Below, piece by piece: positions 38,151-52,343 of a stretch of 64,000 nucleotides of DNA. A model generated the notes under the pieces. The model did no database searches, was not told the origin of the DNA, and worked only from the letters and a program-made list of their open reading frames with translations. Origin of the DNA: Pristiophorus japonicus (lineage: Eukaryota); the NCBI RefSeq assembly GCF_044704955.1, contig NC_091989.1, positions 85,498,001 through 85,562,000 on the forward strand. The letters run 5' to 3'. A program made the translations under genes and the position numbers. The first letter of the stretch is position 1, and every line of letters begins with the position of its first letter.

Positions 38151-39029
38151 CCACACATTCGGGGGTGGGGGTGGGTGAGTTGTGAGGGAGGAGAGCACCT
38201 CTTACAGAAGATAGATTTTTCACGGAATTAAGGACCAGAGTGATCTCCTGGACTAATTTCAATCGCCGAATTGGGTTGGAGAGTAATTTCCCATTTTTCC
38301 TCCCAAATTGGACTATGCTTATCTCACCTGTTTTCCCTCTCCGAGTAGGTCAGATGGTTTTGCGTCGGGATGAGTGTCTATGCACAAGGCGTCCCAAATG
38401 TGTGTAACCAACTTGGTGGGCCAGAGGGTCTTTACCTGTCTGTCGTTGTGCCTATATTGGTATGTTCGTAAAAAAAACCCACGATAAATGGCCAGACACT
38501 GGATTAAAGCTATACTTTTGGGAATTAACCAATAAACCTTCGTTGTTTCTTTCAGTCGAGACGGATTAGCGCTCCGTTGGACCTACTGTATTTGTGGTTA
38601 GAATCCAACCGAGTCCGGGCTGCTGGTCATTATAATGTTAAAATATCTTGCAGCGTTGCTGGAGCGAAAAAAAAGCATACCTCTGCTAATCAATATCGCT
38701 ATAAACAGACACACTGGTCATAAATATCATTGCAATTTTTTGTATTTCCTGTTTGAAGCATTGCTGTCATATTTGCTCACATCATGTAAATGATTTAATT
38801 GAAAATAATAACTGTATTTGAGACTTTTGTGACATTTGTGACAGATGTGAAAGTAATGCGAATGATTTTTGGGAAGTTGTGAAAGTACAGCATGGCCGTC
38901 AAGGACATGATATTTTAGCAATTCAGTTAAATGCAGGTTATGGATTATCTCACTTTGAATTACGATATAATAATGTTCTAAATTTAAAATATTAAACGTA
39001 TATATTATTTTCCCTGATCCCCTCTATAG

Positions 39030-39341
39030 CTGTGCCAGCTAACCCGACGATTGTCTTCAAATCACCTGGTGGAAATTCAAACAATTATCCTATTCTTGTA
39101 TGTGAGACAGTTGACTTTTATCCGAATACTATCACCTTCAACTGGTACAAAAATACAAGCAACGTTGTAACCGGGATAAAAACCACGAAGCAGCTGAACC
39201 CAGCGGGACTATATGAAGCTATAAGTTACCTGCAAGAGACACAGCCAGTTCAGATAGCGACTTATTACAGCTGTTTGATATCTCATCCCATGCTCCAGAC
39301 TCCAAAATTAGCTTTTTATGTGGTGTCTCATTCGAAACCAG
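39030..39341 (+). CDS. IgSF receptor gene, C1-set domain exon
   Basis: Acceptor ccctctatag, donor G|gtaaga, phase 1/1. C1 signatures LVCETVDFYPNTITFNW and YSCLISH. Confidence 0.95.
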
Positions 39342-40356
39342 GTAAGATTTCAAGAACGAGGTCTTTATTAACAGCGCGCAGCATCATTCAGTTGGAAATC
39401 GGAGGCCAAATTTTGGGGACCGCACATGTGCAGTTAAATGTGGAGCTCATTAAGTTGCTGGCCGAAATGCTCTGCTCCTATAAAATCTCTTCCAGTCTGG
39501 CTCCCGGTGTGAATTTGTGGTTCTGAACTGACATATACGAAAAGAGCTGGGGACAGATCCTGAACATAGTGGCTTGCTGAACATAGTGGCAACGCGAATT
39601 TGGTTACAATGTGAATTCAGTATAGAGGGGGAAGCGGGTGTGAATTTTATTAAACTAAGTGGCAACAATGAATAATAAATTACCGGACCAGTGGAGTTAG
39701 AAAAAGTGGTGACATAATCAAAACACAAAGAGGAGCGGCAGAAATTGAGGACGTTAATATATATATATATATATACTGGCAAGTATCTTGATATCGCTTT
39801 GTTTGTGTGATATCTTTGGTGTTTAATGTTAAGCTTAATTAGTAATGATTTAATACTATTGAAAGAAAGTTTAAGTCAAAGGAGTTAATGATGAATTCGA
39901 AAAGCATTTAAAATAATTGATGAAAAAGTGGTGTAATTAATCATAGTAACAAATTACTAATTGATTTAACATTAGCTGAAGGGTCCTGAAGTAAATCTAC
40001 ACTTCAAATGACTAATTCGTTAAATAAATAATCTAAATCAAACAACTAAGTAAAACAATTAATTAATAAATAATAAAATGACCATGCTGAGATTGTACTA
40101 TGTGGGAGATTGCAGAAAACGAGTCTGTAGCAGACTGCGACACTTACAGAAAAGTTATCTGCCTCGTGACAGTAATGCTCAGAGTCGTGGAATTGGAGTC
40201 CAAGCTAGACACATTCCGGCAAATAATGGAGCAGGAGGAGAAATCACTGGTTAATTTATTCTAGTGCACAGTTACACACCAAAGGAAAGCATGAGTGCAG
40301 GAAGGGGACGCTGTAACTGCCATTCAACCGAGTCATGGGAACGTTGGATAAGTGGT

Positions 40357-41830
40357 AACATAATAAGAACATAAGAATATAAGAAATAGGAACATGACGA
40401 GGCCATACGGCCCCTCGAGTCTGCTCCACCATGCATTAAAATCATGGCTGATCTGATCTTGGACCCAGCTACATTCCTCCCCCGCTCCCCATAACCCCTT
40501 ATGCACTTATCATTTAAGAAACATTCTATTTCTGTCTTCAATTTATTCAATGTCCCAGCTTCCACAACACTCTCAGGTAGTGAATTCCACAGATTTACAA
40601 ACCTATGAGAAAAGAAATTGCACCTCATCTCCATTTGAAATGGACGGCCCCTTATTATAAGATCATGCCCTCTAGTTCTAGTCTCCCCCATCAGTGGAAA
40701 CATCCTCTCTGCGTCCACCTTGTCATGCTCCCTCATAATCTTATAAGTTTCGATAAGGTCACTTCTCATTCTTCTGAATTCCAATGAGTAGAGATCCAAC
40801 CTAGTCAACGTTTCATCATAACTCAACCTCCTCATTCCCGGAATCAACCTAGTGAAATTCTCTGGGCTGCCTCCATAGCAAGTAGATCCTTTCGTAAATA
40901 TGGAAACCAAAGCTGCACGCAGTATTCCAGGTATGGGCTCACCAATACATTGTATAGCTGTAGCAAGTCATCCCTGCTTGTATACTCCATCCCCTTTGCA
41001 ATAAAGGGCGAGATACCATTGGCCTTCCTGACTATTGCTGTACCTGCACACTATCCTTTTGTGTTTGATGCACAAATAGCCCCAGGTCCAACTGCACTGC
41101 GGCACTTTGTAATCATTCTCCATTTAAATAATAACTTTCTCTTTCATTTTGTTATGCCGAAGTGCATGACATCACACGTTTGAGCATTATACTCAACCTG
41201 CCAAATGTTTGCCCACTCACTTAGCCTGTCTATGTCCTTTTGTAGATTTTTGTGTCTTCCTCACAAATATGCTTTTCCTCCCATCTTTCTTTGATCAGCA
41301 AATTTGGCTACGTTACACTCAGTCCGTTCTTCCAAGTTGTTAATATAGATTGCAAAAAGTGAGGTCCCAGCACTGATCCCTGTGGCAACCCGCTAGTTAC
41401 TGGTTGCCAACCAGAGAATGAACCATTTATCCCGACTCTCTGTTCTCTCTCAGTTAGCCCATCCTCTATCCATGCAAAGATATCACCCTCAATCCCGTGA
41501 ACATTTACCTTGTGCATTAACCTTTTAAGTGGCACCTTGTCAAATCCCATCTTGAATTCCAAATATACCACATCCACTGGTTCCCCTTTATCCACCCTGT
41601 TCATTTCTTCTTCAAAGAACTCCAGCAAATTTGTCAAACATGACTTCCCATTCATAAATTCATGCTGACTCTGCCTGACCGAATTTTGCTTCTCCAAATT
41701 TCCTGCAACTGCTTCTTTAATAATGGATTCCAACATTTTCCCAAACACAGTTGTTAGGCTAACTGTTCTATGATTACCTGCATTTTGTCTGCCTCCTTTT
41801 TTTAAATAGGGCCATTACATTTGCAGATTT
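40357..41830 (-). mobile_element. CR1 3' portion
   Basis: Tail acataataagaacataagaa; [30 protein letters not shown]. Confidence 0.88.
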
Positions 41831-42834
41831 CCAGATTTGAAGATAATGCTCCTGCGCTTCAGCTATAAACTATTCGATGCGAGTGATAAGTTAGAAGCAC
41901 TGTGGAGCAGGGGCTTTTCCAAGGGGTGGAGACATAGAATATTTATAATTGTACGGTTTTAAGACTTAGTAGTAGTTAGTTATTTTTAAATCAGAATCGA
42001 GATTAAGTGACATATCAAAACGGCTGGGAAATACCTGTAAAGAGAGGGATGGGATACAATTGTTGTACTCCATGTCGGAAGCAGTGATATGGGAAAGATT
42101 GAAAAGCAAGACCTCACGGGTAATATTCAATGAATTATTACCGCAACCAGTGCAAATTGGCGTAGGGACAATTAGATTTGGAATGTCAACACGTATCTAA
42201 AAGAGTTGAGTGTGAAATTGGGATACTGGCTCCAGTAGTGGAATAGGAAGGAGCTGGGCCATTGGCCGGTCTGCATCTGAAAAGGTCTGGCCAAGATTCG
42301 AGCAGAATGGTTAAATGGTCTGCAAAAATGATTTTAAACTCATAACAAGGTGGGACGAAACTGCCTTAAATTATCAAAAACCTAACAATAAAAGAGGAAG
42401 GGAAAGAAATTAAAGGACAAACTAAAGAAAAGAGTAAGGATAACACGAATGGCGAGAGATTGGATGAAATCATCGAGCATAAATAGAACACAATTATTAA
42501 AAACAAGCAGAGAGGAATAATAAGATAAACTGTTGGCACAGCAATGTATTTTGTACTCAAAACATGAAGGATGAACTAGAGGCAATAGTTTTCCATAAGG
42601 ATGCGAATATCGTAGGGATTACTGAATCATGTCTAAGTAGAGAACAGAATTTTCAACTTAATATTGCCAGATCCGAATCACTGAGAAAGAAAGGGAATGA
42701 AGGAAAGAGTGTGGAGTAGCTATACAAGATAGAGATAAAATATGGCGGTAGACAAAAGGGATGTAACTAGCACTAATAAAGCTACATAATCCATTGGAGT
42801 GAGTTAAAAATTAAGAAAGTAAGGATATTAAAAT

Positions 42835-44338
42835 AAGTGGCTGCAGAGATAGTGGATGAATTGTTAGTAATCAGCAAAATTCCCCGGATTCTGGAGATGT
42901 TCCAACAAAATAGAAAACCGCAAATTTAACCCCACTATTTAAAAAAGGAGGCAGACGGACAGCAGGAAACTAGAGGCCAGTTAGCCTAATATCTGCCGAT
43001 GGGAAAATGCTGGAGTACATTTTTAAGGAAGCAACAGCAGGATAATTGGAAAGCATGATTCAATCAAGAAGCGTCAACATAGTTTTATGAAAGGGAACAT
43101 GTTTGACAAATTTGTTGCAGTTCTTAGGGAATGTAATGAGCAGAGTGAATATAGAAGATACGAGTGGATGTGGTGTATGTGGATTTCCAGAAGGCATTCG
43201 ATAAGTAGCCACATAAAAGTTTACTGCACAAGATAAAAGTTCATGGGATTGGGAGTAAGATATTAGCATTCAAAGAGGATTGTCTATCTAACCAAATACA
43301 GAGTTGTGGGATAAATGGGTCATTTTCCAGTTGGGGTGCCGCAGGGATTGGTGCTGGAGCCTCAACTATTTACAATCTATATTAATGACTTGGATGAAGG
43401 AACCGTGTATAATGTAGCCAAGTTTGCTGATGATACAAAGATGGGTGGGAGAGGAAATTGTGAGGACACAAGAAATCTACAAAGGGAGATCGACAGGCTA
43501 AATGAGTGGGCATAAATTTGATAGATGAAGTGTAATGTGGAAAAATGTGAGGTTATCCACTTTACTGGAAAAATAGCGAAGCCAATTATAATTTAAATGC
43601 AAAAAAATTACAAAATGCTCAGTACAGATACACCTGAGGTTCCATGTGCAGGAAACACAAGAGGTTGGTACGCAGGTACAGCAAGTAATCAGGAAGGCAC
43701 ATGCAATGTTGGCATTTATTGCAAGGGGATGGATTATTAAAGCAGAAAAGGCCTCTTCCAGCTGTGTGATTGCTGAGGCCACACCTAGACGACTGTATAC
43801 AGTTTTGGTCTTCTCATTTAAGGAAGGATATACTTGCATTGGAAGCTATTCAGGGAATTTTCACTCAGTTGATTCCGGAGTTGGCTTATGAAGATAGGTT
43901 AAGTAAGGTAGGCATATGCTCATTGGAGTTCAGAAGAATGAGAGGTGATCTTATCTAAACATAGAAAATAATGAGGGGGCTCGACATCGTGGATGCAGAG
44001 ATGATATTTCCACGTAGGTGAAACTAAAACTAGGGAGCATTGTCTGAGTATAAGGGGCCGCCCAATTTAAACTGAGACGATGAAGAATTTCTTCTCTCAG
44101 AGGGTTGTAATTGTGTGGAATTCTCTGCTCCAGAGAGCTGTGGAGGTTTGTCATTAAATATATTTAAGGCGCATATTGGCAACATTTTGAACAATAAGGG
44201 AATAAAGGGTTATGGGGAGCGGGTAGGGAAGCAGAGCTGAGTCTTTGATCAAATCATCCATTATCTTCCTAAATGGCGGAGCAGGCTCTAGCGGCCAAAT
44301 GACCTACTCTTGCTCGTATTAATTACATTCTTATGTTT
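42835..44338 (+). mobile_element. CR1 3' portion inserted in the ancient CR1
   Basis: VAAEIVD start, AKFADDTKMGG, EFRRMRGDL; tail ttcttatgttt. Confidence 0.85.
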
Positions 44339-45409
44339 TAAAAGTAGTATAATTTAGATTATCAAACCACCAAATAGTTGAAGAGAATTGGCAGAAGACA
44401 TTTGTAGATGAAATCTACAAAGTGAATAGCAGTCATAGAATAATAAGCGTGGAGAGTTTCTACTGCCCCCAGATGAATTGGAAAGAAGAAGAAGCGAAAG
44501 GAAATCCCGGAATAACGTTTTTATATTTTATATATAGAAATCGTATCTCATTCAATACATAACTTCAAAAAGAAAATAATCTCGTTGGATCTTGTAATGG
44601 GCAATGAACCAGAGCAGGTAATAGAAGTGAAGGTATGATAGTATCTTAGTAGTAAAGATCACACCTTCATAAGCTTCAAGATTAAGATGTAGAGTGAAAT
44701 ATAAAGGACACGAATTAAGATAATAGATTACAAAAGAGCTAATTATGAGTTACTGAGTGTGGAACTAAAGAAGGTGAATGGGAAAACATTCTTAATATGC
44801 AATGAAGCACATGACATTGGGATATTGTGAAAAGTATAATCAATATGGTTCTCGGGAATGTTAATCCATGACATGTCAAAACAAGAAAACTGCTTATGGG
44901 CATCGTGAATGAATCCAGAACTATAGGGAACAGTGAATGTAAAAACAATGACAGTTAAGAACTATTGGTTACTAAATTGGAAGAGGGTAGAATGATATAC
45001 GAAGGAGAGAAGTTAATAAAACACCAGGAACACAAAGAGAACTTACGCATTCAAAATATGGAGGAAGATAAAAAGAAATAACAAACTGTTCGCTCGACAT
45101 AAAAAGAATAACATTAAAATTGAAGTCAGGATAGAGCTATAATGAATTATCAGGATAAACTCACGTGTAATGGCTCAGAAATGGCAGATGTATTCAATAG
45201 CTACTTGACTCAGTTTCTAATAAGGAGTGTAAATAAATAGACACTTCGTGACACGATGTGTTAATATGAATATTAAAAAAGTTGGGACAAAAAGAGAGAA
45301 AATAATTGACTTACTAGCAAAACGGAAAGTTGAGAAAACAGCCGATCCAGATAGTATGCAACCAAGCATACTCAAGGATTGTAGCGAGGAGATAGCGGAG
45401 GCACTCGTT

Positions 45410-46310
45410 TAAAAAAATGCAATTTACAGCAAAGAAACAAGCCATTAGACCCGACAGGTTCAGACCTTTGCTTATGCATCAGAAGAGCTTCCTTCCTCGT
45501 GCTTAACTAGCAACCCCTTTAAAGTTTCTATACTATTCGCCTCAACTATTCGCTGTGCTTGCGACATCCGCATTATCACCATTCTCTTGGTAAACAAATT
45601 TCAGCTGAATTCCCTTTCGAATTTATTAGCAACTATCTTATATTCATGGCACAGAAATCTGCTCTCGCCTGCAAGTGGAACCACCTTCTCTACGTCTAGC
45701 CTATAAAACCTTGCATTATATTGAAGATCTCGATCAGGTCATTGCTCAATCTTCAATTGTCAAGAGAAATTATCTAAAGGCTGTTCAATCTTTCCTGATA
45801 TCATCTGGTTACCTTCTGGTGTCATCCAGTAAATATGTTTTGCACCTTCTCCAGTGCCTCTGTAGCTTTTTTTTTATAATATGAAGGGCAGAATTCTTCG
45901 TAATGCTCCAAGCGTGACTGTATACAAGTCTAAGATAACTGATCTGCTTTTCAATGTGATCCCTCGAGAAATAACGGCCACTATATTGACAGCCTTTTAT
46001 ATAGCCTAATTGAGCTGCATCGCTACTTTTAGTGATCTGCATATCTGTACCCCCAGATAGCTATGCTCATTTTCTCCATTTAGATTTTATTTTCCAAAAA
46101 GTATGTGGCACCTTTATTCTTTCTAGAAAAATTACCTTCTTGTTCCCCAAGTTTATTAAGATCGTCCTGTATTTGCTGCAGTCTTGCCCTATATTAAGTG
46201 CACGTGCAATTTGAGATCATCTGCAAATTTCCAAATAAAACGTCTTCTTCCTGAATTGAAATCGTTTTTGCAAATGGTGAGCAAAAGTGATCCCACTGAT
46301 CTTTGTGGAA
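45410..46310 (-). mobile_element. Old CR1 3' fragment
   Basis: tcatctgcaaattt (KFADD on the minus strand) near 46220, with decayed 3' region to the left. Confidence 0.55.
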
Positions 46311-46511
46311 AACCAAGTCAGTTTGATGTCAGTGACAGGAAAGGTACTGGAATCTATATTTAATCAGTGATAGGGAGCATTTAGAGGCAGCAAATATAGT
46401 ACAACATATGCAGCATGAACCTAAAGGCGAAGAAAAGCTAAGTCCACCTCAAAGAATTCCTTAAAGAAGAAACACAAGAGTTGACCACGATAATGAAGTA
46501 GAATCATATAT

Positions 46512-47260
46512 TGGACCATCATTTGCGGCCCTTGAGGGTGTGTACAAGGAGCGCATGCGCCTGTAGCGAATGCAGACGTTCTGTGCTTATGCAAGTGCTG
46601 CCCATGTGCTAAAAGCCAGAACTGTGATCTGTCAAGCATTATCTTGTCCGATCCAATGCCTGCCTGGGAATAGTGCAAACGCGGGTGGAGATTTGATTAT
46701 TTTCCCTATTTCTGCCCAGCGAACGCCCGTGAAATTCTAACACCTGATAAAGACATCCGTAAGGCCTGCTTTTACCAGTGTTACTTTCTGACGTAATGAA
46801 AAATAAAATATTATCAACAATTTATACATTTAAAAACCTGCGAAATAAGCTAACTTTAGTTTTTGCCCCTTTAAACACATACATTAATTATGTCAAAACA
46901 GTAAAATGTTTAAATATTTAATTCAGTGCTATTTATATTTAATTCAAAGAGGTGATTTTTATTTATTTGAAGTTTAGAGATATTTTGGAGGGTTTACCCA
47001 TTCATATTTTTGGGGATTCCGTACACAGGGAATCTCCATGAGCATGAATTGGAATCGTTTTCATTTACTGGTTCGGCTGGCCCACATAATCAAAGGAATG
47101 CTTTCAAATTGTTCGCATCCCTGAGAAAGGTGGGCCTCTTGTACACACCAGGAGAGGCCCAGGACCGCAAATCTCCATACCTCCCTGATCACCATGCATA
47201 TGGGCATTCTATTTGTGGATTGGAGACATTTCTCTGTGCGGATTTTCAAATCGGTCTTTT
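46512..47260. mobile_element. Non-autonomous repeat related to the element at 47611 (putative MITE)
   Basis: Shares gcatg...aaa...tgatct.tcaa and gcct.ctttta blocks, an AT-rich core and an internal hairpin with the 47611 element. Confidence 0.45.
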
Positions 47261-48253
47261 ATAGTGTGTCAGACGGTAGATCGATCACAAAGGTTAAGGG
47301 ATGTGATGTCAGCGGGAAAATTTCTGGATGGATAGTAAATTGGCTGCAAAACCCAAAAAAAAAGTGAGAGTTGGTATATCATGGTTATTCAGATTAGAGA
47401 ATGGTAGAAAGCGGTGTTCTACGAGCATAATTCCTTTGGGCACTGAAATTGATACTTTACTTTAATATTTGCACTTAACGATAACATACTCAACATCAAA
47501 ATTGGCAGATGATAGCAAACTCAAGATTATAGCAAGCACCGGAAAAATGTAAGCTATTACAAGAATACGTTAGGATAATTGTAGAATGGGCAACGAACTT
47601 TGAACATAATGGCACTGACATTCCGATGTCCCAGGTCCATGCAAAATTTGTACCGACCCGACAAGGCTTTAGAAAAGCCGGTTTTCAGCTCGCGATGTGC
47701 ATGAGCTGAAAACTGGCTTTTCTGATCTATCAAATTTCTGGCCTGACAGATCTTGTGAATATCGGGAGCGAGGGCACTTGCAGGGCAAGATTTCCAATAT
47801 TTACGAATGTCTTGTCCAGCAAATGTTGTCAAAAATCCTGCACCTAAAAAAGCAGGCATATAGCCTACTTTTACAGGCGCTAGTGTTTAAAAATATGCAT
47901 TCAACAAGAAAATTTAATTAAATCAATACGCCTGAAAACATGTTTTATTGTTATAACCCTCCCCAATATGGTAAGGTTATGTTAAGGCATCTTTAAAAAA
48001 AGACGGGAAGATTTTTTTTTAAGAACTTTAATTTAACTGATTCTTAAATATGGAGTGGATTTTTCTATTTTTTATTAGTGTTTTGTGTATTTGGTAGGGG
48101 GTTTGTCATTCATAATAATGTGAACTCCAGCTTACGGAGTTCCCTTTATTATGAATAGAAACATAGATACATAGAAAATAGGTGCAGGAGTAGGCCATTC
48201 AGCCCTTCTAGCCTGCACCGCCATTCAATTAGTTCATGGCTGAATATGAAACT

Positions 48254-51145
48254 TCAGTACCCCCTTCCTGCTTTCACGCCATACCCCTTGATCCCCCGAG
48301 TAGTAAGGACTTCATCTAACTCCCTTTTGAATATATTTAGTGAATTGGCCTCAACTACTTTTTGTGGTAGAGAATTCCACAGGTTCACCACTCTCTGGGT
48401 GAAGAAGTTTCTCCTCATCTCGGTCCTAAATGGCTTACCCCTTATCCTTAGACTGTGACCCCTGGTTCTGGACTTCCCCAACATTGGGAACATTCTTCCT
48501 GCATCTAATCTGTCTAAACCTGTCAGAATTTTAAACGTTTCTATGAGGTCCCCTCTCATTCTTCTGAACTCCAGTGAATACAAGCCCAGTTGATCCAGTC
48601 TTTCTTGATAGGTCAGTCCCACCATCCCGGGAATCAGTCTGGTAAATCTTCGCTGCACTCCCTCAATAGCAAGAATGTCCTTCCTCAAGTTAGGAGACCA
48701 AAACTGTACACAATACTCCAGGTGTGGCCTCACCAAGGCCCTGTACAACTGTAGCAAAACCTCCCTGCCCCTGCACTGAAATCCCCTCGCTATGAAGGCC
48801 AACATGCCATTTGCTTTCTTAACCGCCTGCTGTACCTGCATGCCAACCTTCAATGACTGATGTACCATGACACCCAGATCTCGTTGCACCTCCCCTTTTC
48901 CTAATCTGTCACCATTCAGATAATAGTCTGTCTCTCTGTTTTTACCACCAAAGTGGATAACCTCACATTTATCCACATTATACTTCATCTGCCATGCATT
49001 TGCCCACTCACCTAACCTATCCAAGTCACTCTGCAGCCTCATAGCATCCTCCTCGCAGCTCACACTGCCATCCAACTTAGTGTCATCCGCAAATTTGGAG
49101 ATCTACATTTAATACCCTCGTCTAAATCATTAATGTACAATGTAAACAGCTGGGGCCCCAGCACAGAACCTTGCGGTACCCCACTAGTCACTGCCCGCCA
49201 TTCTGAAAAGTACTCATTTACTCCTACTCTTTGCTTCCTGTCTGACAACCAGTTCTCAATCCACATCAGCACACGACCCCCAATCTCATGTGCTTTAACT
49301 TTGCACATTAATCTCTTGTGTGGGACCTTGTTGAAAGCCTTCTGAAAGTCCAAATATACCACATCAACTGGTTCTCCTCTGTCCACTTTACTGGAAGCAT
49401 CCTCAAAAAATTCCAGAAGATTTGTCAAGCATGATTTCCCTTTCACAAATCCATGCTGACTTGGACCTATCATGTCATCATTTTCCACATGCGCTGCTAT
49501 GCCATCCATAATAATTGATTCCATCATTTTACCCACTACTGAGGTCAGGCTGACCGGTCTATAATTCCCTGTTTTCTCTCTCCCTCCTTTTTTAAAAAGT
49601 GGGGTTACATTGGCTACCCTCCACTCCATAGGAACTGATCCAGAGTCAATGGAATGTTGGAAAATGACTGTCAATGCATCCGCTATTTCCAAGGCCACCT
49701 CCTTAAGTACTCTGGGATGCAGTCCATCAGGCCCTGGGGATTTATCGGCCTTCAATCCCATCAATTTCCCCAAAACAATTTCCTGACTAATAAAGATTTC
49801 CCTCAGTTCCTCCTCCTTACTAGACCCTCTGACCCCTTTTATATCCGGAAGGTTGTTTGCGTCCTCCTTAGTGAATACCGAACCAAAGTACTTGTTCAAT
49901 TGGTCTGCAATTTCTTTGTTCCCTGTTATGGCTTCCCCTGATTCTGACTGCAGGGAACCTACGTTTGTCTTTACTCACCTTTTTCTCTTTACATACCGAT
50001 AGAAACTTTTGCAACCCTGCAAGCTTCTTCTCGTACTCCATTTTCCCTGCGCTAATCAAACCCTTTGTCCTCATCTGCTGAGTTCTAAATTTCTCCCAGT
50101 CCCCGGGTTCGCTGCTATTTCTGGCCAATTTGTATGCCACTTTCTTGGCTTTAATACTATCCCTGATTTCTCTAGACAGCCACGGTTGAGCCACCTTCCC
50201 TTTTTTATTTTTACGCCAGACAGGGATGTACAATTGTTGTAGTTCATCCATGCGGTCTCTAAATGTCTGCCATTGCCCATCCACAGTCAACCCCTTACGT
50301 ATCATTCACCAATATATCCTAGCCAATTCACGCCTCATACCTTCAAAGTTACCCTTCTTTAAGTTCTGGACCATGGTCTCTGAATTAACTGTTTCTTTCT
50401 CCATCCTAATGCAGAAATCTACCATATTATGGTCACTCTTCCCCAAAGGGCCTCGCACAATGAGATTGCTAATTAATCCTCTCTCATTACACAAAACCCA
50501 GTCTAAGATGGCCTCCCCCCTAGTTGGTTCCTCGACATATTGGTCTAGAACACCATCCCTTATGCACTCCAGGAAATCATCCTCCACCGTATTGCTTCCA
50601 GTTTGGCTAGCCCAATCTATGTGCATATTAAAGTCACCCTTTATAACTGTTGTACCTTTATTGCATGCACCCCTAATTTCCTGTTTGATGCCCTCCCCAA
50701 CATCACTACTACTGTTTGGAGGTCTGTACACAGCTCCCACTAACGTTTTTTGCCCTTTGGTGTTCTGCAGCTCTACCCATATAGATTCCACATCATTCAA
50801 GCTAATGTACCTCCTAACTATTGCCTTAATCTCCTCCTTAACCAGCAATGCTACCCCACCTCCTTTTCCTTTTATTCTATCCTTCCTGAATATTGAATAC
50901 CCTTGGATGTTGAGTTCCAAGCCCTGATCATCCTGGAGCCACGTCTCCATAATCCCAATCACATCATATTTGTTAACATCTATTTGCACAGTTAATTCAT
51001 CCACGTTATTGCAGATACTCCTTGCATTAAAACACAAAGCCTTCAAGCTTGTTTTTGTAACACCGTTTGTCCTTTTAGAATTTTGCTGTACAGTGGCCCT
51101 TTTTAATCTTTGCCTTGGGTTTCTCTGCCCTCCACTTTTCCTCAT
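48254..51145 (-). pseudogene. CR1 ORF2 (APE endonuclease plus reverse transcriptase); one stop and about two frameshifts
   Basis: CFNARSI, IMETWL, YRPP, GDFN, SDH; [28 protein letters not shown]. Breaks near 50306, 50010 and 49100. Confidence 0.93.
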
Positions 51146-51222
51146 CTCCTTTCTGTCTTTTGCTTTTGCCTCCTTTTTGTCTCCCTCTGTCTCCCTGCAT
51201 TGGTTCCCATCCCCCTGCCATA

Positions 51223-52161
51223 TTAGTTTAACTCCTCCCCAACAGCACTAGCGAACACTCCCCCTAGGACACTGGTTCCGGTCCTGCCCAAGTGCAGACC
51301 GTACTGGTCCCACCTCCCCCAGAACCGGTTCCAATGCCCCAGGAATTTGAATCCCTCCCTGCTGCACCACTGCTTAAGCCACGTATTCATCTCTGCTGTC
51401 CTGCGATTCCTACTCTGACTAGCACTTGGCACTGGTAGCAATCCCGAGATTACTACTTTTGAGGTCCAACTTTTTAATTTAGCTCGTAGCTCCTTAAATT
51501 CGTTTCGTAGGACCTCATCCATTTTTTTACCTATGTCGTTGGTACCAATGTGCACCATGACAACTGGCTGTTCTCCCTCCCTTTTCAGAATGTCCTGCAC
51601 CCACTCCGAGACATCCTTGACCCTTGCACCAGGGAGGCAACATACCATCCTGGAGTCTCGGTTGTGGCTGCAGAAACGCCTATCTATTCCCCTCACCATT
51701 GAATCCCCTATCACTATCGCGCTCCCACTCTTTTTCCTGTCCTCCTGTGCAGCAGAGCCAGCCACGGTGCCATGAACTTGGCTGCTGCTGCCCTCCCCTG
51801 ATGAGTCATTCCCCCCAACAGTACTCAAAGCGGTGTATCTGTTTTGCAGGGGGATGACCGCAGGGGACCCCTGCACTACCTTCCTTGCACTACTCTTCCT
51901 GCTGGTCTTCCATTCCCTATCTGGCTGTGGACCCTTCTCCTGCGGTAAGACCAACTCGCTACACGTGCTACTCACGTCATTCTCAGCATCGTGGATGCTC
52001 CAGAGTGAATCCACCCTCAGCTCCAACTCCACAACGCGAACCGTCAGGAGCTCGAGGCGGATACCCTTCCCGCACATGTAGTCGTCAGGGACACCGGAAG
52101 TGTCCCTGAGTTCCCACATGGTACAGGAGGAGCATAACACGCGACCGAGCTCTCCTGCCAT
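51223..52161 (-). CDS. CR1 ORF1p (zinc finger/coiled coil plus SGNH esterase-like domain), 312 aa
   Basis: CSSC...CGK, heptad-like LELLTVRVVELELRVDSL, IVIGDSMVRG, PGA, VHIGTND, GLHL. Confidence 0.9.
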   Translation of the reverse strand: MAGELGRVLCSSCTMWELRDTSGVPDDYMCGKGIRLELLTVRVVELELRVDSLWSIHDAENDVSSTCSELVLPQEKGPQPDREWKTSRKSSARKVVQGSPAVIPLQNRYTALSTVGGNDSSGEGSSSQVHGTVAGSAAQEDRKKSGSAIVIGDSMVRGIDRRFCSHNRDSRMVCCLPGARVKDVSEWVQDILKREGEQPVVMVHIGTNDIGKKMDEVLRNEFKELRAKLKSWTSKVVISGLLPVPSASQSRNRRTAEMNTWLKQWCSREGFKFLGHWNRFWGRWDQYGLHLGRTGTSVLGGVFASAVGEELN

Positions 52162-52343
52162 GAATTAATCCTTAGATTAACTTAAATTGGCAACACAATG
52201 TTAAACGTTACTGACTAATATAAAAAAGAAAAAGAAAAACTGCTCACCAATCACCAGCCAATCACTTACCCCCTAGGCTGTGACGTCACCATTCTGTTTC
52301 TTTCTACTTCTTTTTTGCCTTCTCCCTGTAGCTGCACCAGCTA

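Noticed and set aside
35663-39341. Rearranging Ig light chain or TCR locus
   Set aside because: No RSS next to V, no separate J segments, no F/W-GxG, no C-terminal interchain Cys, and an uncharged TM exon follows.
50226-50927. 233-aa plus-strand ORF
   Set aside because: Antisense shadow of the CR1 endonuclease.
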